The notes under the pieces were generated by a model. That model was not told the origin of the DNA. It worked only from the letters and a program-made list of their open reading frames with translations, and did not search any database. The translations under genes and the position numbers were made by a program. A stretch of 64,000 bases of DNA. Source: a virus. Its lineage: Duplodnaviria > Caudoviricetes. The DNA lies in IMG/VR virus record IMGVR_UViG_3300044718_000102, positions 271 to 64,270 of that record, one strand, 5' to 3'. This document shows positions 47,978 through 56,642 of this stretch, piece by piece (the first letter of the stretch is position 1; every line of letters starts with the position of its first letter).

Positions 47978-48038
47978 TCAATGGGTTAGCGAGCAAGTGG
48001 ACGAAATTGCAGCGCGCGGCTGCAAATTCGTCCACTAT
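47947..48038. promoter_or_regulatory. Probable recombinase-binding (res/att-like) repeats
   Basis: GCAAATTCGTCCAC at 47947 and 48022, inverted near-copy at 47997-48010. Confidence 0.7.
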
Positions 48039-48343
48039 GAGACGAGCGGCCGGACCTCGAGCTTGCTGATCTGGGCGTAACCGCCGCCAACGTGGCCGGA
48101 GGCCTCGACGGACACGCCGAAGAAGCCGATCGACCAGCGCGAGCTCGACGACGGGCTCGACGCCTGGTCCCTGCCCTCGACGGTCGCTCGGTTCACCTGG
48201 GAGCCAGTGGTCGGCTGGGGCACCGGCATCGTATCCAGCGCGCTCTCGATCACCGCCTTGACGGCCGCTGGCGCATGCTGCGCCTCGAGCTTGGCTCGCG
48301 CATCCTCGACGGAGCGCGCAACGAACGAGAAGTGAAACGACAT
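48035..48343 (-). CDS. Hypothetical protein
   Basis: GGAG RBS; MSFHFSFVARS...SVEASGH. Confidence 0.65.
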   Translation of the reverse strand: MSFHFSFVARSVEDARAKLEAQHAPAAVKAVIESALDTMPVPQPTTGSQVNRATVEGRDQASSPSSSSRWSIGFFGVSVEASGHVGGGYAQISKLEVRPLVS

Positions 48344-48935
48344 GGTGGTCTCCGTTGTGTTGCTACGTCCGCGTCACGCACGCGCCAGCGGTGCTCGCCG
48401 GCGGCGCCGTCGAAGCCAGGCGTCCCTGGCCGCGGAACTTGTTGGTGATGCATGATGCGGCGCTGCGCGCCTGCCGATTTCTCGGGAGAATTCGGCAGGC
48501 TCAGACGGCCGCGGCGATCGCGATCATCACGCCGGCGAACGCGGCGAGGAGGTCGATCGCTTCCGCGAGCGTGATCGCTTCCGCGCAACTCATCAGCGGG
48601 CGGGCGCCTGGCGCAGGCGCAATCGGATCTCGATCTCGGCGACCAGCTCGTCGATCTCGTGCGCCAGCTCGTCCTTCGCCTCAAGGAAGGCGTTGGGACG
48701 ACGATGGCACGGCGCCGGCAGGCGCCGCGCGCGATCGGCAAGCGATCGCAGCCGGCCCACGATGTCGCGGTCGGTCACATGGCTCGCCTCGATTTTGGGA
48801 AATGCGGCGGCACCGCCGCGCGGACGCGGGGTTGTGCCGGCCACCACGGAGACATCCGCTCGCGCGGCACTCACGTTGGGCCCATCGGCGCGCAGCCTAC
48901 GTCAGAATCACAACGATGCAATCGGCGACCTCCGA

Positions 48936-49553
48936 TCACGGTAAACGCGCCCTTTCGCGCCGCCGCCGATCCTTGTCGCGCTTCTTTTGCCGCTCGCGCG
49001 CGCGGCGGTTGCCGCTGCGGCTGCGCGCCTTCGCGGGCGGCGGGTCGAACGCGCGGCCGTGAATCGCGTCGAGCTGCGCATTCTGCCACGCCTCCTCGGC
49101 GCGCACCTCGTCGATGAAGCGCTGTGGAATCGGCGCGGGCTCGTCGCGCGTGCGATCGGCACCGCTGCGGTAGACGTAGCCGGTGACGCCCGGGCAATGC
49201 AGCGGGCGCCGCCAGCGGCCGCTGAGCCCGAGCGAGGCGATGAACACGTAGCCCGGCAGGATCAGCCGGTGGCGCAGCCGGAATGCGCCGCGCTCGCGCA
49301 CCATCTCGTTGATCGTCGGCAGATAAACGCCGAAGCGGCGGGCCGCGAGATGCGCGAACGCGATGCCCTCGTGCGCCGGCTGGATCGTGAGCGCGTACCA
49401 GCGCGGCTCGCCGAGCGGCTCGCCCTCGGCGATCTCGGCCATGAGCTGGGCCTCGAACATGCGCCGCCGGCGCGCGACCTCGCGGGACCGGCGCCGCGCC
49501 TCCTCGAACACATCCGCATCCGCCGGCCGCACGTCGCTGCCACGTCCCACCAT
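48936..49553 (-). CDS. NusG-family antiterminator (NGN domain, Arg-rich tail)
   Basis: WYALTIQP.HE...L...FGVYLP...LPGYVFI...PGV.G.V...PAPIP. Confidence 0.85.
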   Translation of the reverse strand: MVGRGSDVRPADADVFEEARRRSREVARRRRMFEAQLMAEIAEGEPLGEPRWYALTIQPAHEGIAFAHLAARRFGVYLPTINEMVRERGAFRLRHRLILPGYVFIASLGLSGRWRRPLHCPGVTGYVYRSGADRTRDEPAPIPQRFIDEVRAEEAWQNAQLDAIHGRAFDPPPAKARSRSGNRRARERQKKRDKDRRRRERARLP

Positions 49554-49571
49554 GTTCCCCTCGAACACGCC

Positions 49572-49931
49572 CTACCCCGCCAGCAGGATGTTGGTCGCGT
49601 CCGCGGGCGCCGGCGCGATAACCGGGTCGATGCCGCCGGGCGAGAACGTGACGTCGGAATTGATCGTGATCCACCACGCATCGCGCGCCGCCTGGACCAG
49701 CGCCGGCGGACTCGCCACGTGCGCTGCAATCTGCATCGGCGGCCGGCCGCGTGCGATGATGCGCAGGAATCGCCGCGCCTGCTCGAACAGCGCGTCGCGC
49801 GAGGGCCCCTCGATCTCGACCAGGCCGGCGCGGCGCACGTGGAGCACGCAGCCATGGATGCACGGTTGATGGCGCCCGGGCGGCGCCACGAGCACCAGCG
49901 AGGCTGGCAGCATGAAGGTGAGGCGGTACAT
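49572..49931 (-). CDS. Hypothetical protein
   Basis: 119 aa ORF in operon orientation. Confidence 0.5.
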   Translation of the reverse strand: MYRLTFMLPASLVLVAPPGRHQPCIHGCVLHVRRAGLVEIEGPSRDALFEQARRFLRIIARGRPPMQIAAHVASPPALVQAARDAWWITINSDVTFSPGGIDPVIAPAPADATNILLAG

Positions 49932-50011
49932 TGCGCGCCCCCATCGGCCGCGGCGGCCGCCGAAGATCGGCCGCCGCGCCCGTACGCGTCACTGAGCGGG
50001 AGAGAACGCCC

Positions 50012-50347
50012 TCAGCCTTTACGCGAGATTAACGGCGCAAGGCCCTGGGCCTCCGCGGGTTCCACGCCCCACATGGTCGGGGCGGGCAGCGCCAGCTCGG
50101 GGTCGAGCGCCCGTACCGCCGGCTCGTGGCGGGCGAGCACCGCCATGATGTCGGCGGCGGCCCGCATGCGGACGAGGTCGCGGCGCACGCCGGCCAGCCC
50201 GCGCTCGGGGTCGAACTTGAGCTCGCCGCGCGCGGCCATCTGCGCCGCCGTCGCCTCGAGCGCGGCGAATCGCAGGCGCTGGACGCGCTCCTGGTCGCGC
50301 AGCGCTCGCGCGACGTCGCAAAATGGCGTGCTCAAAGCGAGCGCCAT
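50012..50347 (-). CDS. Hypothetical protein
   Basis: 111 aa ORF in operon orientation. Confidence 0.55.
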   Translation of the reverse strand: MALALSTPFCDVARALRDQERVQRLRFAALEATAAQMAARGELKFDPERGLAGVRRDLVRMRAAADIMAVLARHEPAVRALDPELALPAPTMWGVEPAEAQGLAPLISRKG

Positions 50348-50429
50348 GGCCGCATTCCCCGTGCACCGGCGACTCTACACTATCACGGGTGGAAAAGGCC
50401 ATAGGTATCCGCCTGTTGCGGCCGAACCC

Positions 50430-50840
50430 TCAAGCGGCGTCTGAGGAACCGGGCGGATCCTGCGGCCGCCGCGGCTGGCTCTTGCGCCAGTCGGCCAGCA
50501 GCGCCGCCGCGCCGCCGCCGCCCTGGCTGTCGTCCGGCCGCTGCCACAGCCCCTGGGAGGGCCAATAGCGGTAGCCCGCGATCCGCCATTCGTGCTCGTC
50601 GATCACCTCGACCGCAAGCCCCGCCGACTCGAACGCCGAGCGCGCCGCGATCGAGCGTGCATCCTCGCGCCGCGTCGCCGGCCACTCGCAGGCGCTGCGC
50701 CGCACCGGGATGCGCAGCCCGGCGGTGTTGACGAACAGGTACTCGGCGTTGAAGTCGGCGAGCCGGCCCGTCGCCGTCGAGCCGTCGCCGCGGCGGAACG
50801 CGACCTCGCGCCCGAGGTCGCGCCTGGTGGGTTCGATCAT
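50430..50840 (-). CDS. Hypothetical protein
   Basis: GGAGG RBS; MIEPTRRDLGREV. Confidence 0.6.
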   Translation of the reverse strand: MIEPTRRDLGREVAFRRGDGSTATGRLADFNAEYLFVNTAGLRIPVRRSACEWPATRREDARSIAARSAFESAGLAVEVIDEHEWRIAGYRYWPSQGLWQRPDDSQGGGGAAALLADWRKSQPRRPQDPPGSSDAA

Positions 50841-51009
50841 GCTGCGCCTCCCTTGGGCCGCGGCCGAAACAACACGATGTTGCGCCGGCTGGCCGCGGCG
50901 CGCAGCGCCTGGCGCCGCGGCGGCCTGCGCGGCGGCTCTACCGGCGCCCATGTGCCGTCCGGCTTGTAGCGCTCGATGCGCACCACCGGCAGGATGATCA
51001 GGATCGCGC

Positions 51010-52068
51010 TCATGCGGCGCCGCCTCCTCGCTTGCTGTCGAGCTGGCGCATCAGCGGCAGCCGCGGCCCCAGGGCGTCGAGCTTGCGCTGGTCGATCTGC
51101 CGCTGCACCGCGAGCTCAAAAGCGTCGCCGCTGATCTGGCGGGCCGCATCGATCATCTGCGCCACAGCCTCGGCGTCGCCGCCGACCTCGCGCTGCCAGC
51201 GCTGGATCTTGGTCGCCGTGACGCCCGGATAGAGCCGCATGCGCTCGGTGACGATGCGCTGCCCCTCGGTGCGCAGCCATTCCTCGGCCGTCGCCGGTGC
51301 GCTGTCCACAGCCGGCGCGGCATCGGCCCTCGCCGAGCCCGCAGCCTCGCCCCGGACCGTGTCGCCGGAGTTATCCACAGAGTCGGCTAGAGTGTGTTTT
51401 GACTCTGGTGCGTCTGCTCTGGTGTGAGGTCTCACGTTTCTCACGCGTGAGGATTCGTCCTCACGGCGTGAGGTTGCGTGAGGTGTGGACAACAGGAAGC
51501 CGGCGAGCTGGCCGTTCTTGCGGCGGCGGTCGAGCTCGAACAGCTCGTCGTCGCCCATATGGGCGAGATCGGCGATGACCGCGTCGGCGTCCGCCTCCCC
51601 GATCAGCTCGTCGGCGACCAGGCGCTTGAGCGCGCCGCGCAGCCCGCGCCGCGCGTACGACCGCCGCGCGCGCAACGCCGCGGTCGCGTCCTCGGTCTCG
51701 TCGTCCTTGTTGCGCTCGTAGAAGGTCGCGACGAACTCCTGGTCGATCCAGCCGATCTCGTGCACGGCGAGCTCGGCGAAGATGCGCGCGGCGTCCTCGG
51801 TCGACATGCCGAGAGCTGCGCCGAACACGGCGGGGCTGACATCGCCGACGTAGCCGCGCGACGTCGCCGCGTTCGCGTGCTCCTCGAGGCGGCTCGCGAA
51901 GGCGACCACTTGGTAGACCGGCAGGTTGAGCCGCTCGGCGACGACGCGCCACAGCGGCTGGTCGCAGAACCCGTTCTTGTGCCGGCACCAATGCCACACC
52001 CGATGCCGCTTGCGCTTGGCCTCCGCGCGCGCGGCCGCATCGTCTAGCACGGCGCCGAGGGCCTTCAT
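51010..52068 (-). CDS. Putative phage replication initiator
   Basis: N-terminal W.R.......P.WR.VA winged-helix pattern; internal iteron-like repeats; early-operon position. Confidence 0.6.
   Translation of the reverse strand: MKALGAVLDDAAARAEAKRKRHRVWHWCRHKNGFCDQPLWRVVAERLNLPVYQVVAFASRLEEHANAATSRGYVGDVSPAVFGAALGMSTEDAARIFAELAVHEIGWIDQEFVATFYERNKDDETEDATAALRARRSYARRGLRGALKRLVADELIGEADADAVIADLAHMGDDELFELDRRRKNGQLAGFLLSTPHATSRREDESSRVRNVRPHTRADAPESKHTLADSVDNSGDTVRGEAAGSARADAAPAVDSAPATAEEWLRTEGQRIVTERMRLYPGVTATKIQRWQREVGGDAEAVAQMIDAARQISGDAFELAVQRQIDQRKLDALGPRLPLMRQLDSKRGGGAA
51301..51493. promoter_or_regulatory. Putative phage replication origin
   Basis: Perfect DnaA box TTATCCACA at 51371-51379, two near boxes, clustered GTGAGG/CTCACG repeats, lower GC. 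Confidence 0.6.
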
Positions 52069-52736
52069 GCGGCCACCTGCTCGCCTGCGCCCTCGTCGGC
52101 GTCCGCACTGACAACCGGCTCGAACTTGCCGCGCTCATGCCCCCAGGTCGTCCAGCCGCGGCGCGGCGTGCGCGAGAACACCTTGATGCGGCGCGCGCCG
52201 GGCATGTAGCGCTCGCACCAGGCGTAAGCCTCCTCGGGCTTGCGGCTGTGCTCGCGCGCGAGGCCCTCGATCAGGTTGCGCTCGCCGCGCGAATTGAGCG
52301 GATTGCCGCGGATGCAGAGGAGGAACGGCTCGCACGACGAGCGTGCGCGGTAGCCGGTGCCGAACCGGCTTTTGCCGTTCTTGGTCTTCTTGTGCCAGGC
52401 CCCGCCGGTGGCGTAGCGGAAACCCCATGACCGGATGCATTCGCCGACCCGCGATCGCGACGCGTCGTGGTCGGCGTATTTGCGCGCCGGGTCGCCGCCG
52501 AACAGGATCATCGGCCAGGTGCACCAGAGAAACAGCACGGCATCGCGCGCCGCGAGATCGCCCACCGGAAGCGCGGCGATCGCCTCGAATGACATCAGGC
52601 CGTAGTGGTGTCCCGAGCTCTTGCGCTCGCCCTTCGGCGATCGCATCTGCGTCGGCCAGGGCGGGTCCACCATGAGCAGGTCGTACGCCCCGGCCTTGAG
52701 CGCGCCGAACGGCGGCCGCGCGTAGAGCAGCGTCAT
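52065..52736 (-). CDS. MT-A70 family adenine methyltransferase
   Basis: DPPW, HYGLM, LFLW, WGF.Y, GTGY..R...E, REHSRKP, WGHE. Confidence 0.92.
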   Translation of the reverse strand: MTLLYARPPFGALKAGAYDLLMVDPPWPTQMRSPKGERKSSGHHYGLMSFEAIAALPVGDLAARDAVLFLWCTWPMILFGGDPARKYADHDASRSRVGECIRSWGFRYATGGAWHKKTKNGKSRFGTGYRARSSCEPFLLCIRGNPLNSRGERNLIEGLAREHSRKPEEAYAWCERYMPGARRIKVFSRTPRRGWTTWGHERGKFEPVVSADADEGAGEQVAA

Positions 52737-53182
52737 GATGCCGCCGCGGGCGCGAGCGGGTCGGATGGCGGCGGCGGGGGCTCCCGACGCGCGGCCGGCG
52801 CCGGCCCGTTGGCGCCGTCCGTTGGCGCCGCCATCCGATCGGGCGCCGTCGCGTCGGCGGGCGCGACGGCAAAAGGGTCGGGCAGCGCGGCCTGCGGCCG
52901 GCCAGCCTGAGACGCAGGCCGCGCTGACGTCCGATGATCCCCAGCGTCTCCGTGCTGGCCTGCAGGCGGCGCCGGCCGTTCTGGCGTGGCGCCGATCGCG
53001 GCGGGTGCCGCAATTCGTGAAAGATCGAGCTCGAGCGCGTCGAGGTGCAGCGCGACCGCGTCGGCGACGACGTCGGCCGGCTGCTCGCCGTGCCTGGCGC
53101 AGAACACGAGGAGATGCGCCATCACGCGGCGCGGCAGCACGATGCTGCAGCCCGTCGGCGGCATCTGCGCGCGCCGGCTCAA
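52733..53182 (-). CDS. Hypothetical protein (RHH-like N-terminus)
   Basis: TTG start overlapping gapR stop. Confidence 0.45.
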   Translation of the reverse strand: MSRRAQMPPTGCSIVLPRRVMAHLLVFCARHGEQPADVVADAVALHLDALELDLSRIAAPAAIGATPERPAPPAGQHGDAGDHRTSARPASQAGRPQAALPDPFAVAPADATAPDRMAAPTDGANGPAPAARREPPPPPSDPLAPAAAS

Positions 53183-53532
53183 TGCGTGCCTCCGCGCGGC
53201 GGATCGTGCCGCGGCGTACGCGCTGCCTTGGCCTTGCCGGCCTCGGTGCGGCGGCGATCGAGCGCCTCGTCGATGTTCTCGTCCGACTTGCCCCAGCCCA
53301 TGCCGAGCGCGATCATGTAGGTCTCGACGAGTTGCTCCTGGTTGAGCCGCTCGTCCTGGTCGAGCTTGCGTTTGCGCACGATCACGCGCATGGCGCGGGT
53401 GTCGTAGCCGTTCCCCTTGGCCTCGGCGTAGATGTCGCGCAGATCGTCGGACAGCGCCTTGCGCTCTTCCTCCACCCGCTCGATGCGCTCGACGAAGGCC
53501 TTAAGCTGGTCGCGCGAGGCGCGGCTGGTCAT
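53179..53532 (-). CDS. gapR: GapR/DUF2312 nucleoid-associated protein homologue
   Basis: QLKAFVERIERVEEERKALSDDLRDIYAEAKGNGYD...YMIALGM. Confidence 0.92.
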   Translation of the reverse strand: MTSRASRDQLKAFVERIERVEEERKALSDDLRDIYAEAKGNGYDTRAMRVIVRKRKLDQDERLNQEQLVETYMIALGMGWGKSDENIDEALDRRRTEAGKAKAARTPRHDPPRGGTH

Positions 53533-53837
53533 GCACGCCTCCCGACGGCGGCCTGCGGCCGGCGCACCTGCACGAGCTCGCGCGGCGCGAGCTGCACCTG
53601 GCGCCGCGCCGCGAGCGCCAGCAGCGCCGGATGGTGCCACTGCGGGATCTGCCCATCGCAGCCGCCGCGATCGCGCGGCCGCTGCCAGGACGACACGCGG
53701 GTGCGATGCAGGCCGATCGCGGCCGCGACCACCGTGGCCCCGCCGAGGCGCCGCACCACCGTGCGGGCCGGCTCGGGGCTCGCCTCCCGACCTGGAGCGA
53801 ATGTAGCGTTTTCCGCTACATGTGAGGCTATCGCCAC
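53529..53837 (-). CDS. Second Cro-like HTH protein
   Basis: RRLGG...VA...G.....V.SW...RGG.DGQIP..H; paralogous to 54262-54507. Confidence 0.75.
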   Translation of the reverse strand: MAIASHVAENATFAPGREASPEPARTVVRRLGGATVVAAAIGLHRTRVSSWQRPRDRGGCDGQIPQWHHPALLALAARRQVQLAPRELVQVRRPQAAVGRRA

Positions 53838-53840
53838 GGC

Positions 53841-53990
53841 TCAGCCCCCGAACAGCACGGCGCCGAGCGTCGCGACCATCGCGACCGCGAGCGTGGTCGC
53901 GACCAGCGCCAGCCCGATGATGGTCGGCAGGCCGGGGCGGCGCGCCTCCACGTCGGCGTCGTCGCGATCGACTGAGTGAAAATGCGCCAT
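53841..53990 (-). CDS. 49-aa single-TM protein
   Basis: Hand-translated MAHFHSVD...IIGLALVATTLAVAMVATLGAVLFGG; GGAGG RBS. Confidence 0.55.
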   Translation of the reverse strand: MAHFHSVDRDDADVEARRPGLPTIIGLALVATTLAVAMVATLGAVLFGG

Positions 53991-54261
53991 GGCGCCCTCC
54001 CAGGGTGACGGGACGCACGCACGACACGCAACTTGTCCACATATCCACAGCCCGCGGACGCGACTGCGATTCGACTCCCGCCCTCGCCTACCGCACGATG
54101 TTCCCGCTAGGTCAGGAGGGCTGACGCAACACAGAGAAAGCGATGCGCCGACGCGAAGCGCGCGGGCGCAACACGCTGATTGCGATGGCGATCATCGCGG
54201 CGGCCGTGCTGGTGACCGCGATCGTGAGGAGACTGGCCGGCTGGTGAGCGCATCCGATGCT

Positions 54262-54507
54262 TCATGCGGCGCTCCGGCGGGCTGGCTTGGCGGGGGGGGC
54301 AAGAAACTCCTCCGCCCGAAGGGGAATGCCACGCGCACGCGCATAGTCGAGCAGCGTCCGGTGGTGGCGTTGGGGAATGACGCCACCGGTGCCGCCCTTC
54401 TCGCGCGAGTGCTGCCAACGATACGGCGCCGTGTAGGCCGTCTTCGTGATCTTGGACACGACGGCCTCGCCGCCGAGGCGTTCGATGATGCTGCTCGCTG
54501 GATCCAT
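54262..54507 (-). CDS. Cro-like HTH regulator
   Basis: IIERLGG...V......PYRW....GGTGGVIP; divergent from CI. Confidence 0.8.
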   Translation of the reverse strand: MDPASSIIERLGGEAVVSKITKTAYTAPYRWQHSREKGGTGGVIPQRHHRTLLDYARARGIPLRAEEFLAPPAKPARRSAA

Positions 54508-54518
54508 GGCGGTCGGCA

Positions 54519-54593
54519 ATTTCTGTTATTCCGAAATGCCTGTCAAGCGATTCTTCGGATAATCGGAATTGCGGCCTTTCTGATTGCCAGAAA
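54519..54593. promoter_or_regulatory. Three CI operators and leftward promoter (OR-like)
   Basis: 17-bp imperfect palindromes at 54520, 54553, 54577 (TTTC.G-N5-C.GAAA); TTGACA on minus at 54541-54546. Confidence 0.75.
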
Positions 54594-54604
54594 GAGTCCG
54601 CCAC

Positions 54605-55237
54605 ATGTCGAAGCACCAATGGATTTTGGACGGCCTCGCCCGGCCGGGGAAAAACCGCATCGGACTGGCGCGGGCGCTTGGGCGGCAGCCCTCGATGGTG
54701 ACCGATTTGCTAAGCGGACGCCGTGCGCTGCGGGCCGACGAGATACCGAAAATTGCCCAATATCTGGACGTGGTTGCACCCTCCCCCATGGGGCTCGCTA
54801 GGATTGTCGGATCGGCGGGCCAAGACGCCGATGGGGCGATTCGCTTTGAAAACAACAACGAGGGCGAGGCACCGATGCCACCGGGAGGCAGCAAGGATAC
54901 CGTTGCGGTCAAAGTCGTGGGCTCGAGCATGCGCGGGATCGCGCAGGAGGGATGGCTGCTCTATTTCGACAATCTGCGCGAGCCGCCGAGCGACGAGATG
55001 CTCGGCGAGCTGTGCGTGGTCGGCCTCAAGGACGGACGCACCCTGGTCAAGTACATGCACCGCGGCCGCGGCACCGGCCTCTACGACCTGGAAAGCGCGA
55101 CGGCGCCGACGCTGCGCGACGTCGCCGTCGACTGGGCCGCGCTGGTGACCGCGATCATTCCGCGGCCGCAGGCGCGTAAGATCGTGCGCGGCGAGACACC
55201 GGAGCGCAAACGCCCGCGGCCGAAGAGGCGACGATGA
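54605..55237 (+). CDS. CI-like repressor (HTH + S24 peptidase)
   Basis: LARALGRQPSMVTDLLSGRR HTH; AG cleavage site; V.GSSM and LVK catalytic motifs. Confidence 0.88.
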   Translation: MSKHQWILDGLARPGKNRIGLARALGRQPSMVTDLLSGRRALRADEIPKIAQYLDVVAPSPMGLARIVGSAGQDADGAIRFENNNEGEAPMPPGGSKDTVAVKVVGSSMRGIAQEGWLLYFDNLREPPSDEMLGELCVVGLKDGRTLVKYMHRGRGTGLYDLESATAPTLRDVAVDWAALVTAIIPRPQARKIVRGETPERKRPRPKRRR

Positions 55238-55494
55238 ATCCATTGGAATGGAAGGCGGAACATCGGCTTGCCTTCATGCTCGCGATCAGCTTCGGCGCCG
55301 CGCTCGGTGCCGTCGCCGCCCTCATGCGCTTGCGGCCCTTCGACTACGACGAAACGTTCGCTTGGTATTGCACTTCCGGCCACTACGGCTGCGCGTACTT
55401 TCGGCTAGGCTATTGGGCGCTCGTCCTTTTCTGCGCCGCGGTCGGCGGGGCCGCGTGCGGCCTCATCGTCTACATCCGCCAGCTGCTCCGCTGA
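55234..55494 (+). CDS. Two-TM membrane protein co-transcribed with CI
   Basis: ATGA overlap with CI; two hydrophobic helices. Confidence 0.7.
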   Translation: MNPLEWKAEHRLAFMLAISFGAALGAVAALMRLRPFDYDETFAWYCTSGHYGCAYFRLGYWALVLFCAAVGGAACGLIVYIRQLLR

Positions 55495-55495
55495 G

Positions 55496-55548
55496 TTTCC
55501 GTTTTTCCGAAAAACCCGCTTGACCGATTTCTGATTTTCCGAAATGAT
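55496..55548 (+). promoter_or_regulatory. Two CI operators and rightward promoter (OL-like)
   Basis: TTTCCGTTTTTCCGAAA (55496) and TTTCTGATTTTCCGAAA (55528); TTGACC-N17-AATGAT. Confidence 0.75.
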
Positions 55549-55586
55549 GCCTCATCGCCCGACTCAATGGGCGGATGGGGATGGCC

Positions 55587-55742
55587 ATGCTGTTCTACTG
55601 TCCGATCTGCGAATACGTGGTCGAGATCGTCGGCGCCTCGCCGGCGCTGTCGTTCGAGTGCCGGGTCTGCGCCGTCGCGCTCGAGCCGTGCGACGACGCG
55701 CTGCCGGCGGCCACCGCCGAGTCGGCCGAGATCCCGGCGTGA
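55587..55742 (+). CDS. Small zinc-ribbon protein
   Basis: Hand-translated MLFYCPIC...CRVC. Confidence 0.55.
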   Translation: MLFYCPICEYVVEIVGASPALSFECRVCAVALEPCDDALPAATAESAEIPA

Positions 55743-56215
55743 GCGCGCGCTACCGATTCGGCACGCGCCGGCGCGATGCGCTGTGGGCGGGCGAGGTGTG
55801 GGCGGCGCACGCGGCCGACCGCGGCGTCCTGCCGATCTGCAATCTTTGCGACCAGCCGGTGTCGTTCGAGCAGCCCTGGCACGAGAGCCACGTCGGCGCG
55901 CCGAAGGCGCTGCAGGCGCCGGGCGAGCGCTACCGCTGGCGCCATAGCCGCATCGGCATCGCGCACAAGGCCTGCAACGAGCGCGACAACAACAAGCGCG
56001 TGACGCCGATGGTCGCCAAGGCCAAGCGCCAGGCCGCCCGCGCGGCCGGCCGCAAGGGCCCCGGCCTCGGCCCGCACCCGATGCGCGCCGGGCGCTTCTC
56101 CACTGTCACCAAGACGATGCGCCACGGCGTGCAGCCGCGGCTCACCAGCGCGCAGAAGCACGCCCGCATGCTCGAGCGGCTGCGCGTCGGGCCAACCGAG
56201 GAGGCACAGCCGTGA
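55739..56215 (+). CDS. HNH-like endonuclease-fold protein
   Basis: CNLC...WHESH...AHKACN. Confidence 0.7.
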   Translation: MSARYRFGTRRRDALWAGEVWAAHAADRGVLPICNLCDQPVSFEQPWHESHVGAPKALQAPGERYRWRHSRIGIAHKACNERDNNKRVTPMVAKAKRQAARAAGRKGPGLGPHPMRAGRFSTVTKTMRHGVQPRLTSAQKHARMLERLRVGPTEEAQP

Positions 56216-56640
56216 CGACCGACGTTCTCGTCCGCAACGATCTCGCCGCGCTCAATTTCCGCGGCTTCCAGGCGAATCTCGCCGCACGCGCGATGTTCCG
56301 CAAGCTCGGCCTCGAGGACTACCTCGACCAGGCGATGAGCTGGCGCATGCTGCGCACGCTGATCGTCGACTTCAACGATTGCGACCAGGGCCGCTTCGTC
56401 GGGCTGGTCTCGCAATGCGACGGCGTGTGCTCGTCCGGCGAGCGCCTGCTGCTGCACGCGATCGCGACGGCCTGCGATTTCGCGTGGCTCGCGGACTACC
56501 TGTCCGGGCTCGAGGAAGCACAGGTCCCGTTCAAGGACCGCCGGGTGAAACGCGGGCGCACGTGGCGGCGCATGGACCGCGTGAGCGGCGACCACCTGCG
56601 CGCCGTCGCGGCGTGCATCCTGGCCGCGGACGAGTTCTGA
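56212..56640 (+). CDS. Phage hypothetical protein
   Basis: GTGA overlap; GGAGG RBS. Confidence 0.7.
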   Translation: MTTDVLVRNDLAALNFRGFQANLAARAMFRKLGLEDYLDQAMSWRMLRTLIVDFNDCDQGRFVGLVSQCDGVCSSGERLLLHAIATACDFAWLADYLSGLEEAQVPFKDRRVKRGRTWRRMDRVSGDHLRAVAACILAADEF

Positions 56641-56642
56641 CC

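Noticed and set aside
48936-49931. Amber read-through fusing 49572-49931 to the NusG-like gene
   Set aside because: Same frame, but the NusG gene has its own GAGGGG RBS and ATG at 49553; no sign of systematic recoding
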